Notes: generated by a model not told the origin, from the letters alone. A stretch of 64,000 bases of DNA from Octopus bimaculoides (GCF_001194135.2 NC_069001.1:35055057-35119056); one strand, 5' to 3'. Shown: positions 38,331 to 50,911, counted from the stretch's first letter. Made by a program: numbers and translations.

Positions 38331-39349
38331 ACAGCCATACACACACACACACACACACACATATGCACAGCCATACACACACACACACACACACACACAC
38401 GTACACACATTGTTAGTCCTTATGCCAAGTTGTGTATAAAAAAAGCAATCACACATTAAACTGAAGGACTAAATTATCTTGCACATGCTCTTTGAAGCAG
38501 ATTTTGTGTGAATGATGTGGGCGATTTGGTTGTTATTTCTAGCAGATTGAGCAACTTCATAGGGACGCATTTGGCTGCCCGGCTTTGTGTTTGATGTAAT
38601 AAGGAAAGATAAAACAACTCATCATTGATTGGAAAGTTATCTGCAGCGTATTAAAATACTATTTTAGAGAAGAACATGGTGGCACGGGAGGTGGGGAGAG
38701 GAGGCGATGGTGAATAATGTGTCTGAACGTGTGGTGGCGAAGGAGAAGGCTGGGGAGGGAGGGAGAGAGAGAGTGAGAGCGGGAGGGAGAGAGTGAGTGA
38801 GAGTGAGAGCGGGAGGGGAGGGGAAGGACTCATCCGAGTTCCTCTTAAACTTACAAAAGAGATAATTAACTGTTTGTGTGAGGTATGTAGATGTGTGGTG
38901 CGAGGTGAGGCAGGTGCTTGCATGTGTGTGTGTCGGAGGGGGGAGATGCAGGTAACACCATCACCACCACGACCACCGTCACCACCGCCATGATATCAAA
39001 TACGCCATTTTATAACTTCAAATTTCCATATCAACTGGGAAAATATTTTAATTGTGATATACGTATGTGATTATGTGTGACATACAGACTGAACACTTAC
39101 ACTTACAGATAAATATACATACATACATACATACACACATACAGACATATGTACATCCACTCATCTTAACACATGTAATAATTTTCCCATATGTATAATA
39201 TATATATTTTTGCATGAATATAAGCATGTGTGTATGCGTGTATTTATGTGTGTGAGTAAGTGTGTGTTATGTGTATGTATGTATGTATGTATGAGTGTGT
39301 GTTTATGGATGTAAATATATGTATATATATGTAAATGCATGTATAAATA

Positions 39350-39650
39350 TATATATGTATGTATATATATATGTATATGTGTATATATATTCATATATAC
39401 ATGTTTATGCATATATATGCATGTATATGTATGTATATATATGTATATGTGTGTATATATATTCATATATACATGTTTATGCATATATATGCATGTATAT
39501 GTATGTATATATATGTATATGTGTGTATATATATTCATATATACATGTTTATGCATATATATGCATGTATATGTATATATATGTATATGTGTGTATATAT
39601 ATTCATATATACATGTTTATGCATATATATGTATGTATATGTATGTATAT
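39350..39650. repeat. 72-bp higher-order minisatellite built from TA/TG microsatellite
   Basis: The marker TCATATATACATGTTTATGC recurs at 39391, 39463, 39535 and 39603 (spacing 72, 72, 68). Confidence 0.95.
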
Positions 39651-39834
39651 ATATATGATTGTGTGTATATAGCTTGCATGTGTATATACCTGTGTATAAG
39701 CACATAGTCTCAGTGCTTGTGCACACACATAGACACAGAAATACATGTGTGTATATACATACATAAATATGTACACACACACTCACACACAAACCTGTAC
39801 AGTTATACATGCTTACACACATGCATGCACACAC

Positions 39835-39873
<39 letters not shown>

Positions 39874-39956
39874 TACACTGGGTTTGTATGTATATGATCA
39901 GTTTTACAAAATGTAACATTTCTCTCTCCCTACCCTCAATGTGTACATATATACGT

Positions 39957-40005
<49 letters not shown>

Positions 40006-40181
40006 CATATGTTAGTGTCTTTCAAAGCTCATTTCTGAAACATAAAAGAAAATTTAATTTTCTGATAAACCATCTTCATAATCATGAAATTCTTTATTGT
40101 AGAATACAGAGCAAGATAGGTGCACGGGGGGGGGGGGGTAGCGGACTTATTATGGAAACGGAGAAACCAAGCATGATGCTA

Positions 40182-40225
40182 CTTGAATAAACTCTTATTG
40201 ATTGGTTATCAATCATGCGTAAAAT

Positions 40226-40256
<31 letters not shown>

Positions 40257-40993
40257 GCAGCAGTAGCTACATGGAACTACACACGGGAATTTCGTTGGTG
40301 GGTTATTTAGGTCAATTCAGTTCGGTTTGGTTTGGTTTGGTTTAGTTTGGTTAGGTTTGGCTTTGCCTTAGACAAGGCCTTGTTTCGTTTGGTCTAGCTA
40401 TCTGGTTTTATGACAATATGGGTATTTATTTCACAAAGATAAGTTCCCCTTGAATAAACTCTGGTAAATTGGCTGTCAGTCATGCATAAAATCATCATCA
40501 CACACACACACATACATACATACAACAGCAGGTTCACAGAATGACAATATGGATATTTTGTGCTAAGTTATATAAATCAATTTGGTTCAGTTTGGTTCAG
40601 TTTTGCTCTGGACGGACTAGGCCTCTTTTTGTCTGGTCTTGCTATCTGATTATATGACTATAGCGGTGTTTATTTCACAAAGATAAGTTCTCCTTGAATA
40701 AGCTCTCATAGATTGGTTGTCAGTCATGCATAAAATCATCACACACACACACACACACACACATACAACAGCAGTTACACAAAATGACAATACGGATGTA
40801 TTGGGATCGATCCAGTACCAGACAAGGATTCTGGATTATTTTTCCGGTTTTTTACTTAATTTTTGAGAGTGGTCGGGTTCATTTTTAGTATTCTCGTTTG
40901 TGAGAGCAGTCGAGTTTATTTCAGATCATAAGTGATATAAATCAATTTGGTTCAGTTTGGTTCAGTTTTGCTCTGAACTAGGCCTCGTTTTGT
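40182..40993. repeat. Tandem triplication of a roughly 250-270 bp unit, third copy interrupted
   Basis: CTTGAATAA(A/G)CTCT starts at 40182, 40449 and 40693; shared TCATGC(A/G)TAAAATCA-(CA)n, (GGTTY)n and TATTTCACAAAGATAAGTTC blocks. Confidence 0.9.
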
Positions 40994-40999
40994 CAAAGT

Positions 41000-41160
41000 G
41001 CAGACATGGTTGTGTTGTTAAGGAGTTTTATTTGCAGCCATGTGGTTTTCATTTCAGTTCCACTATACAGAAACTTGTACAAGTGTTTTCTACTGTATCC
41101 CCAGGTTAACCTATGTCTTCTGAATGAATTTGGAAGACAGAAACTGTGCAGAAGCCCCTT
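41000..41160 (+). mobile_element. Old SINE A head and core
   Basis: Diverged ATGGTTGTGTTGTTAAGGAG...CAAGTGTTTTCTACTGTA...GAATTTGGAAGACAGAAACTG. Confidence 0.65.
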
Positions 41161-41369
41161 CCTTATCCACACCCTGTGTTGTTTTGCTTTGTTTTGATTG
41201 CTCTTGGCCCTGAATTCTCCGCCAAAAATTTTTGCAGGCACCACCAATATATCATAGGTTTTGCTGCAATACTCTTAGCTTTGGGTAAAAGAAAATCCAG
41301 GAGGATCAGTTAATTATGATTTTATTCAGCATATCCACCTCTCAGATTCACACACTTATTGCAGCAATC

Positions 41370-41470
41370 CTTCAGTTTTTCTAAGCCTTGTAAAAGAACT
41401 CCAGAAAGTTGGGCCTCCAGCCAGGCCTCTCGTGATACCCTTAAAGCCAGCATCTTTTCAGCATCCCTTT
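41370..41470 (+). repeat. Unclassified dispersed repeat (second copy at about 61212-61322)
   Basis: CTTCAGTTTTTCTAAGCC...GTGATACCCTTAAAGCCAGCATCTTTTCAGCATCCC is shared by both loci. Confidence 0.65.
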
Positions 41471-41811
41471 ATATGTGTGTGCATGAGATGAACTTTGTGC
41501 CATATTTCACAACAAAATTTCTTCCTGGAGAAGCATCTATCCTAAGCATTTCCAATCAAAACGGAATGTTTAGTTCAAAGGAAAAAAAAAACTTATTTAG
41601 CATTCCATTACCATTTAGAATGAAAGGTTTGGTGAAGGCAGTAGAGGTGGAGGGTAGCGGCAGGGGAAACAATATGGCGGTGGGCTAGGGTGAGAGGTGG
41701 TGAGGTGTTTGGGAGAGTCAATATAGAACTTAACTGATTTTCCTGTTGTTATTAGCATAACGTGTAAATGATTTTTAAAATATTCAATTACAAAGAGAGA
41801 TGCGGCTGATG

Positions 41812-41851
<40 letters not shown>

Positions 41852-41972
41852 TTGTAAAATTAGAATAATGATGACCATGATAATAATAAAGGTAAAAATG
41901 ATGATAACAGTAAAATAATGAGGATGATATAAATGATAAGACCTCAAAAATAATTATAGTAACAACAACAAC

Positions 41973-42008
<36 letters not shown>

Positions 42009-42164
42009 CTTTTCTACTCTAGGCACAAGGCCTGAAATTTTGAGGGAGGGGACCAGTCCATTAGATTGACCCAGTATGGTACTTAATTTATTGACCCCGA
42101 AAAGATGAAAGGCAAAGTTGACCTTGGTGGAATTTGAACACAGAATGTAGCATCAGACGAAATT
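42009..42164 (-). mobile_element. SINE B, head truncated at the hairpin
   Basis: Tail and body present; sequence stops after CAGACGAAATT. Confidence 0.85.
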
Positions 42165-42320
42165 CATAGAGGTCACAGAAGTGATAGAGGATAGTGACCA
42201 GCACCAGCTATTGCTAGAAACAAGAGTTAAAATAACTTAGTGGCTTTTGAATTATTTTAACTCTTGTTTCTAGCAATAGCTGGTGCTGGTCACTATCCTC
42301 CATCACTTTTGTGACCTCTA

Positions 42321-42322
<2 letters not shown>
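42165..42322. repeat. Long near-perfect inverted repeat (71-bp arms, 16-nt loop)
   Basis: 42165-42235 and the reverse complement of 42252-42322 match at 69/71. Confidence 0.97.
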
Positions 42323-42362
<40 letters not shown>

Positions 42363-42581
42363 CGTCATCATCTTTATTTAATGTTCGTTTTCCATGCTAG
42401 TATTTGACTGGGCGTTTTGACAGGAGCTGACAAAGCATACAGTAGGATTGATCTCTAAACCCTGAAGCTGAAAAAGCAAACATCATAACCACACTGCCAT
42501 GCCTGTGCTTCATGTGTGAATGTGTGTGTGAATAGATGGAGAGGCAAGAGTGTATAGATGCGTGTCTTTATGTATGTTTGA

Positions 42582-42618
<37 letters not shown>

Positions 42619-42990
42619 TGCTTTATGTTTTGTAATGTTTGTTTATTTATTTTTTTTTTGATATTTTTCCCCCTTTCCTGTATTCGTTTTATAAAGTTAC
42701 TGTTGTTGTAGTTGTTGCTGTTGTTGTTGCCGTGGATGTTACCACTGTCTAATTGAAGACGGAACAAAGTTGATTAGAAAAGAAATTCAATTATAACATC
42801 AGCAGCTGACCACAAAGTAATACCATGGATTTATTCATCTTCAACAGAATGTTTTCTGTAAGCTTAAGATTATGGGGATATGGAGAGAGAGAGGGGGAGG
42901 GAGAGAAACAGACGGAGAAGACAAGCAGCCAAGGAACTGGTTATTCTTGTCTTGACATTTGTCTTGTCTGTATCCATGGTCAAGTTACTT

Positions 42991-44097
42991 TTAACCCTTT
43001 TTTAACTATATCCTTGTTGAAATAAACTGCCTTTGGAAATTAAGGAAGAATTTTGTAAAATAACTTTAGATCCCTTTTAAACAGAAGTTTCTATCATATA
43101 AGCAGAGATGGTGTCAGGTGGATTGGAATTAAAATGGTGAAACAGATACATGTAAAATGAAATTAGAACTGTGATAAGTTTTATTGTTGTTGTTTATTCC
43201 AATGTCGGGCTTAACCCTTTTGTTAACATATTTCTGTTGAAATGCAGTTCTTTTGTTTCAATTTTTTGAAAATAATGAAGAATTTATTAAAATAACTTTG
43301 TCATTGTTAATCTGGTGTTTAGGACAAATTAACATGAAATTTTGATGATCACTTTGTATCACAGAACCAGGTTTGGTATGAGGAAGGTTGGCTTGAAACA
43401 TGGTTAAATCTTTTGTTAAATATTTCTGTAGAAATGTACTGTCTTTGTTTCAAGTAATTTTGAAAATAATGAAGAATTTATTGAAATAACTTTGGCATTA
43501 TTAAGTTGGTGTTTGAAACATAAAGTGACATGAAATTTTGATGGTGGGTTTTTTAGATCACTTAAAAACAGGAAGTTTGTATCATAGAACCAGGTTTGGT
43601 ATCAGGAGGGTTGGTGCCAAAATGCTTAAACCTTTTGTTACCATATTTCTGTTGAAATTCGCTGCCTTTGTTTTAATTTATTTTTAAAATAGTGAAGAAT
43701 TTAGTGAAATAACTTTCGTCATTATTAATTTGTTGTTTGGAACATAAATTAACGAGATTCCGATGGAAGTTTTTTAAGTTATTAAATTTTAAAAAGAAGA
43801 AGCTGGTGGACTCAGACTGAGGGTTGGTATCAAAAGGGTTAATTCCATTCCGATTGAGACTGTTCCCAGTTCCCTTATTCACAATTCTGAATTTATTTGA
43901 AATTATTTACATTAATATTTAAACTGTCATTAGTTAATCTAAGGCTCTTTCATTAAGCTTTGTGCCAAGGGCTAACTTAATAATTAAAGAGTTAATTATT
44001 TTACAAATCTTTCCAAACTATCGATTATTAAAAAGAAATTTCCTGAAACAAAAGGGAAATATATTTAATTAAAAAAATATGGTCCCAATAGGGTTAA
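42991..44097. mobile_element. Concatemer of TTAA-flanked (piggyBac-type) MITE family F units plus an inverted diverged copy
   Basis: Units start at TTAA 42991, 43211, 43404 and 43626; last unit ends GGTATCAAAAGGGTTAA at 43842; inverted relative ends GGTCCCAATAGGGTTAA at 44097. Confidence 0.8.
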
Positions 44098-44189
44098 GCA
44101 GCTCAGTTCATTTAAAATCAGACATCACTCCCAAAACAAGTACAAGCGCTTGGGAAAAATTTGGTTTGTCCAAGTGGTCAATGATGGCA

Positions 44190-44226
<37 letters not shown>

Positions 44227-44276
44227 TTATGTATGTGTGCATATATATATATATATGTGTGTGTGTGTGATTGTGA

Positions 44277-44520
44277 ATGCACATGGCTCAGTGGTTAGAG
44301 CATCAGGCTTACAAGTGTGAGGTTGAGAGTTCAAATTCCCCAGTCTTTGTGTGTTGTGTTCTTGAGCAAGACACTTTATTTCACGTTGCTCCAGTTCACT
44401 CAGCTGTAGAAATGAGTTGTGACATCATTGATGCCAAGCTGGATCAGCCTTTGCCTTTGCCTTGGATAACATCTGTGGCGTGGAGAGGGGACGCTGGTAT
44501 GCATGGGTCACTGCTGGTCT
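44277..44520 (+). mobile_element. SINE family D with a third tail type
   Basis: A-box TGGCTCAGTGG, B-box GAGTTCAAATTCC, GTTCTTGAGCAAGACACTT core; 3' part unlike 900-1015. Confidence 0.8.
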
Positions 44521-45286
44521 TCCACCAACAACCTTGCACAACAACCATTGCTATCATCATCATCATCATCATCATCATCACCATCATCATCACCACCATT
44601 ATCACATTTGTCACAATTAACACCACCAACATCACCATTGCCATAAGCAACTCAATCATCATCACCATCATCATCACCATCATCATCATCACCATCATCA
44701 TCATCACCACCATCATCACCACCATCATCATCAGCAGCAGCATTTCAGTTGTATTTGTTGCTGTCCCTAATCGTTATGCCCCTGATCTGATGAGAGAGTC
44801 ACCTCTGTTGCAATCATGGACCCGAGTATGTGATCCAAGAATGACACTCCACCACACACCCCAGTCACAGAGGAGTGGAGGGGGAGGATGCTCCTCCCCC
44901 TCCTCCACTAAACAGGGATCACAGGATGTTCTCTGTCTCATCTCGCTAAACCATTAAAAGAAAAAAAGAAACCGAACAAAAAGACATGAAATTTATAAAG
45001 AGAAATAGAAGCAGGAAAATGTGGGGGCATCAACATCTACAGATGAGTGATAAAGGGGGTGGAGGTGGGAGAATAGATCTGATGACTAATTAACGTTAAT
45101 TATGTAGGAAATACCTTGGTCACAGTTACAAATGGAACACTCATTAATAACATGACTTTCACAGCAGAAGAAGCTTAATTAATTTTTAATATATGAATAT
45201 CAACAGATAACACCTTGCTGTCACTTTGATCTGTCTGTCCGTCTGTCACTTTCAATCTTCCCAAACCACTTTCCCTTTCGCTCTAC

Positions 45287-45320
<34 letters not shown>

Positions 45321-45349
45321 TCGTGGGTGTTTGATTAATGCATTTGCTA

Positions 45350-45480
45350 TGCATTTGCGTGCTTTCGGGTTCGGTCCCACTGCATGGCAGCTTGGGCAAA
45401 TGTCTTTTATTATAGCCACAAGCCAGGCAATGCTTTGTGAATAAATTTAGTAGATGGAGACTGTAAGAAGCCTGTCATGC
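45350..45480 (+). mobile_element. SINE A head and core fragment
   Basis: GGGTTCGGTCCCACTGCATGGCAGCTTGGGCAAATGTC. Confidence 0.7.
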
Positions 45481-46958
45481 ATACTCACACACACATGTAG
45501 ATACATACACACAAAACAAAAATGCCCTGTTGTTGATGTTGAAATTCCAATGAAGGAGCCTTGNNNNNNNNNNNNNNNNNNNNNNNNNNNNNNNNNNNNN
45601 NNNNNNNNNNNNNNNNNNNNNNNNNNNNNNNNNNNNNNNNNNNNNNNNNNNNNNNNNNNNNNNGAAGGAATTACAAATGAAGAGCAGTAATCCACCATTT
45701 CTATTAAATGACCCCCACCCACACACACCAACGCCACCACCCACTATCACCACCACCACCATCACCAACAACAACAACAACAACCCCCACTACCACCACC
45801 ACCGCCACTCCTACCTCCACCACCACCTCCACCTACCCCTTCTCTGTTCACTTTTGCAGAAATATTTCCCTAATTCACAGACAATTAGCACCACTTGATG
45901 TTGCATTTAAAAACACATGGACGTACTCAATACACACCGACAACATAAGCCCTCTCTCTCTCTCTATCTTTTTGTATATCTCTCTGTTTATATATCTCTC
46001 TTTCTATATCTCTCTCTCACTCTCACTCATTTGCTTTTTATCTCTTTCCTTCCCCCTCTTTCACTTCAATAGCAATCTCCTTCTAAAATGCTTCCTCTTC
46101 CCTTTCCTCTATTACAAACGGACAATTTAAACACACACAAAATAACACATATATGTGTTTGTGTGTGCGTGTATATATATATGTGTGTGTGTATGTGTGT
46201 GTGCCTTTGTGCATGTGTGTGCATGTATACACACATATATTCATATATTATGCATATATATATGTGTGTGTGCTTATGTATGTGTGAGTATATAAATATA
46301 TATATATATGTATGTATTGTGTGTGCATGTATACACACATATATTTATATATCATGTGTATATACATATATATATATATGTATGTATGTGTGTGTGTGTG
46401 CTTATATATATAGACACATGTACGCATACACACACACACATACACACACTCACATATGTTGCAGGAAAATTAAGGTCTACGAATCTTTAACACCAGAGAT
46501 AATGATGAAGAAAAGAAAATAATAATATTAATAATAATTATAATCGTTTGTTCGTTAGTATAAGTTTATTGCTTAAATATGTCTGCACACAAAATAAGGT
46601 TATTAAAGTATAATGGCTGACTTCCAAATAAGAAATTTGATATGGATATCTCTCTCTACCTTATATATACATATACATACATACATACATACATATATAT
46701 ATATATATAAACACGTTTTACATACAACATATAAATACACATAAATAAGTTTATGAATGTATGTATGCTTATATATGTATATATATATATGTACGTATGT
46801 GTATATATATATATACATACCTATATACACATTTCACATAAAATATATACATACATGCACACATATACACACACACATATACACACACACATTTTACGTA
46901 CAATATATATATATACATGCACATACATATACAATTATATATACATGTGTGTGTATGC

Positions 46959-46998
<40 letters not shown>

Positions 46999-47039
46999 AA
47001 CTTGAAACCATTTATTGAAGTCAAAGATAATTGCTTAAA

Positions 47040-47320
47040 ATTTTGGCATCAGGCCCTGAACTTCTGGGGGATGGGGTTAGTCAGTTGCATCAACCCCCCA
47101 CCCTCTACCCCTCCTCATACTCGATTGCTACTTTATTGTTTCAAATGCAAAAAGACGAAACACACAGTTGACCTCACCAGAGTTTGAACTCTGAGCACAA
47201 AAACTGGAAAGAAATGTGACTCACCATTCTTCTTTTGATTCGTGCTAACAATTCTGCCAACTCACCAACCTTCGTAACGCTTTCAAATTTTGGCACAAGG
47301 CCAGCACTTTTTTAGCGGAA
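47040..47320 (-). mobile_element. SINE B plus an extra B tail fragment
   Basis: B tail, body and head on the reverse strand; second GCACAAGGCCAGC at about 47293. Confidence 0.7.
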
Positions 47321-47329
47321 GTAGATTAG

Positions 47330-47765
47330 TCTCAAGCCAAGTGAAATCATTGTCATATACGTGACACCTGTCGAGCTTTGGGTCTCACGGAGGCAATGTG
47401 GCTGATGCTGGTGTCGCTTAACTAGCAGCTGTGCCAGCGGCACATGAAAGATAGGTTTTGAGCAGTGGGCCCTCATGGAGGAAATCACAAATGACCAAGA
47501 CCTTTGGCAATATGCTGTGCTTGAAGGTCCATCAAGCCAAGTGAAATCATAATCGTGACAGATATTGGTGTCACGCAACTGGCACGGTGGCATGCAAAAG
47601 CCCCCATTACACTCTGTAAAGTGGTTGGCATTAGGAAGGGCATTCAGCTGTAGAAACCATGCCAAATCAGACTGGAGTCTGGTGCAGCCCATCAGCTTAC
47701 CAACCCTGGTCAAATTGTCCAACCCATGCCAGCATGGACAATGGATATTAAATGATGATGATGAC
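47330..47765 (+). mobile_element. RTE-clade LINE 3' end with ORF2 C-terminal remnants
   Basis: LGLTEAM (47378-47398) and LMEEITNDQDLWQYAVLE (from 47472) resemble the RTE ORF2 C-terminal DR..WR motif; followed by the family C 3' UTR and (GAT)n. Confidence 0.65.
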
Positions 47766-48134
47766 TGTTGTTGTTGTTCTTGATACAGGCCACAAGACAA
47801 GGACCATGACACAAGATAACGGCCACAAGAAGAGAGAGAAGGGTTAAAATTAAATGGGCTGTCATCACCACGCTGGACATTGTGATGCAACAAGACCATC
47901 CTGTAGTTCTTTTGATGATCAATAAACAATGGGAACGACGACGACAACAATATCAATATTGGCTCTGAAGATGATGGTGGTGGTGGTGGTGGTGGTGAGG
48001 AGGAGGATGGGGTAGCACGGGGGGTGGGAGGAAAATGTCAGGTTAAGGTTTTGAAGGAGATAAGAGGAAGAAAATGTTGTTGGCAGCCATGAACGTAAAA
48101 TACAGAAGCAGTGGAGTTTTCTTTAAGAAACAGG

Positions 48135-49235
48135 CAGTGTGTGTGTGTGTGTGTGTGTATGAGTGTGTGTATATATGTATGTGTGTGTATGTGTGTGTGT
48201 GTTTTATGAGTGTGTGTGTATATGTATGTATGTGTGTATGAATGTGTGTATATGTGTATGTATGTGTGTACGAGTGTGTGTATGTGTGTGTGTATGAGTG
48301 TGTCTATATGTGTATGTATGTATGTGTGTGTATGTATGTGTGTATATGTGTATGTATGTGTATATATGTATGAGTGTGTATATATGTGCATGTATGTATG
48401 TGTATGAGTGTGTGTATATGTGTATGTATGTATGTGTGTGTATGTATATTGTATGAGTGTGTGTATATATGTATGTATGAATGTATGTGTATGTATGTAT
48501 GTTTGTATGCATGTTTGCATGTGTAATAATGTGTGTGTGATGATGTGTGTGCATGTGTGTCAATGGGTGTATGTGAAAGTGTATGTTTTAATGAGTTAAC
48601 GTTTAAGTTCCACTGTGTATGTGTGTGTATGAGTGTAAGTGTGTTTAAGTGTATTTTAGTATGTGTTTGTGAGTATGCATGTGTGTGAGTGGGTGTTTGT
48701 ATGTGTATGAGCATAAGTGAGTGGTTATGTATGCATGTGTAAGTGTGTGTGTGTGTGCTAAGATGTGTGTGTGAGCATGTATGTGTGCTTGTGTCATTCT
48801 GAGTGTGCGTGTGTGTGTGTTTAAGTGTGCATGCATGAATGTGTATGTCTGCTAGTCTATACGTGTGTGTGTGTGTGTGTCTGTTTATGTGTGCATGTGT
48901 GTGTGTGTGTTTGTGTGTATATTTATGTGTAAACGTAATTATGTTTATGTCTGCTAGTATATATATGTGCTTGTGTGTGTGGCTGTTTATGTTGCACTTG
49001 TTAATGAGTATGTGTGCTAGTGTGTGTGTTTGTGTGTGCGCGTTTGTGTGTGTTTGTGTGTGTATTTATGTGTATGTCTGCTATTATATATATGTGTGTG
49101 TGTGTGTATTTATATGTGGATGTTATAATGAGTATGTGTGCTAGAATGTGTGTGTGTGTATTCATGTGTGAACATAACAATGAGTGTGTATGCTTGTATG
49201 TTTGCACACATGCGTGTGTGTGTGTGTGTGTGTGA
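48135..49235. repeat. Degenerate (TG/TATG)n field, about 1.1 kb
   Basis: Directly visible. Confidence 0.92.
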
Positions 49236-49499
49236 CAGTGATTAAAGTCTTGTCCAATTCCAGCTGACCTTTTTCTTGTAGTGTTCCTGCAAGTCTGAAA
49301 GAGATTGAATGGCTGAAGTGTGTGTGGGGGAGGGAGAACAAAGGAATATGAGGAAGTGGGAGGAGAAACAGGAGAATGGTGGTGGTCGTGATGGTGGTAG
49401 GAAGAGAAGCACTGTCTCTACAAGCTGCCACAACACATTCTCAGTAGCAGGTTCGGTGTCCTGCTAGAAACAACAGTCAAATCACTCTTAAATCACACC

Positions 49500-49748
49500 G
49501 AACTGCTAAGTTACAGAGATATAAACACACCAACGCCTGTTGTGAAACTGTGATGAGGGACAGATACACATACATACATACATACATATATATATATACA
49601 TGACAGGCTTCTTTTAGTTTCCATCTACCAAACGAAATCCACTCACAAGGCTCTGGTCAGCCTGAGGCATTAGTAGTAGTCACTTGCCCAAGGTGCCACG
49701 CAGTGGGACTGGACCCAGAACTATGTGGTCAGGAAGAATATTTCTTAC

Positions 49749-49750
<2 letters not shown>
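49500..49750 (-). mobile_element. SINE A lacking its tail, fused to another SINE tail fragment at about 49440-49500
   Basis: A head, core and spacer on the reverse strand. Confidence 0.8.
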
Positions 49751-49780
<30 letters not shown>

Positions 49781-50520
49781 AACACACACATATTTGTATG
49801 TATGGATATGTGTGTGTGTGTGTGTAAACATATGTATAGAGTGAAAAAAAGAGATATAGACAGACAGATAGCTTTTAGTTGTCTATAACCTCCACATCGG
49901 CTGCTGCTGTTTGGTATTACCCATATAATATGTTATACATATTTTATAAAATATGTCAGACAAGATGGTCGAAATAGTAAATCACCAGATTTAAAATGTC
50001 TTCTGTGATTAATTGGTTTAGTTTACAAAGTTTAATACAAAACTTGTATTTGTAGAATATACAAACATTCTCGTAGTAAAGATCATTGCTTCGCTATAAA
50101 ACTTGGTGGCAATGGGTTGGCGATGATGAGAATGATGATTGCCATGGTGATGGTGGTGGGGGTGATTGTGATGACGGCGGTGGTGGGGTTATGATGATGA
50201 GGATGAGGAGGATTATGATGACAGAGAAGACTATGCTGCAAATGATGATGATGATTGTAGTAGTGGCTGTGGTGGCAGTGGTGACGATGATGATGGTCTC
50301 TGTTAGTGCATCAAAGACATGGAGCAGATTCGTTGTCATCGACTCACCATTGCTTACCCACACTTGCATGGGGTAGATGGCGCTATTCTTAGAGTTTCTG
50401 TTGGTCCTTTCTGAAGAGTCACTGACATTTATTTAGTTTACATAGATCTATGTATGTCTGTGTGTGTTTGTGTGTTTGTATGAGTATATGAGTTTGTGTT
50501 TGTGTTTGTTCAACTATGAT

Positions 50521-50911
50521 TGGCTGTGTGGTAAGTAGCTTGCCTACCAACCACATGGTTCTGAGTTCAGTCTCACTGCGTGGCACCTTGGGCAAGTGTC
50601 TTCTACTATAGTCTCGGGCCAACCAATGCCTTGTGAGTGGATTTGGTAGACGGAAACTGAAAGAAACCCGTCGTATATATGTATATATATATATATGTAT
50701 GTATGTTTGTGTGTCTGTGTTTGTCCCCCCACCATCGCTTGACAACCGATGCTGGTGTGTTTACGTCCCCGTAACTTAGCGGTTCGGCAAAAAGAGACCG
50801 ATAGAATAAGTACTAAGCTTACAAAGAATAAGTCCTGGGGTCGATATGCTCGACTAAAGGTGGTGCTCCAGCATGGCCACAGTCAAATGACTGAAACAAG
50901 TAAAAGAGTAT
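50521..50911 (+). mobile_element. Near full-length young SINE A (best reference copy)
   Basis: Complete head, CORE-like part, spacer and tail, with CpGs retained. Confidence 0.93.

Noticed and set aside
39350-39650. Regularly spaced repeats (72-bp here, 66-bp at 28091-28223) as CRISPR arrays
   Set aside because: Whole units repeat, with no unique spacers and no cas genes.
42213-42245. Resemblance of GCTAGAAACAAGAGTTAAAATAA to the SpCas9 sgRNA scaffold
   Set aside because: Short AT-rich similarity needing gaps; the GTTTTAGA repeat and downstream stems are missing; the context is eukaryotic and the segment is part of a longer palindrome.
45079-45121. CTGATGA...GAAA...GTC hammerhead-like string
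   Set aside because: Stems I and III cannot be paired; the inner TAATTAACGTTAATTA is just an AT-rich palindrome.
50371-50385. TAGATGGCGCTA partial CTCF-like motif
   Set aside because: It lacks the 5' CCAC/CCAG half of the core.
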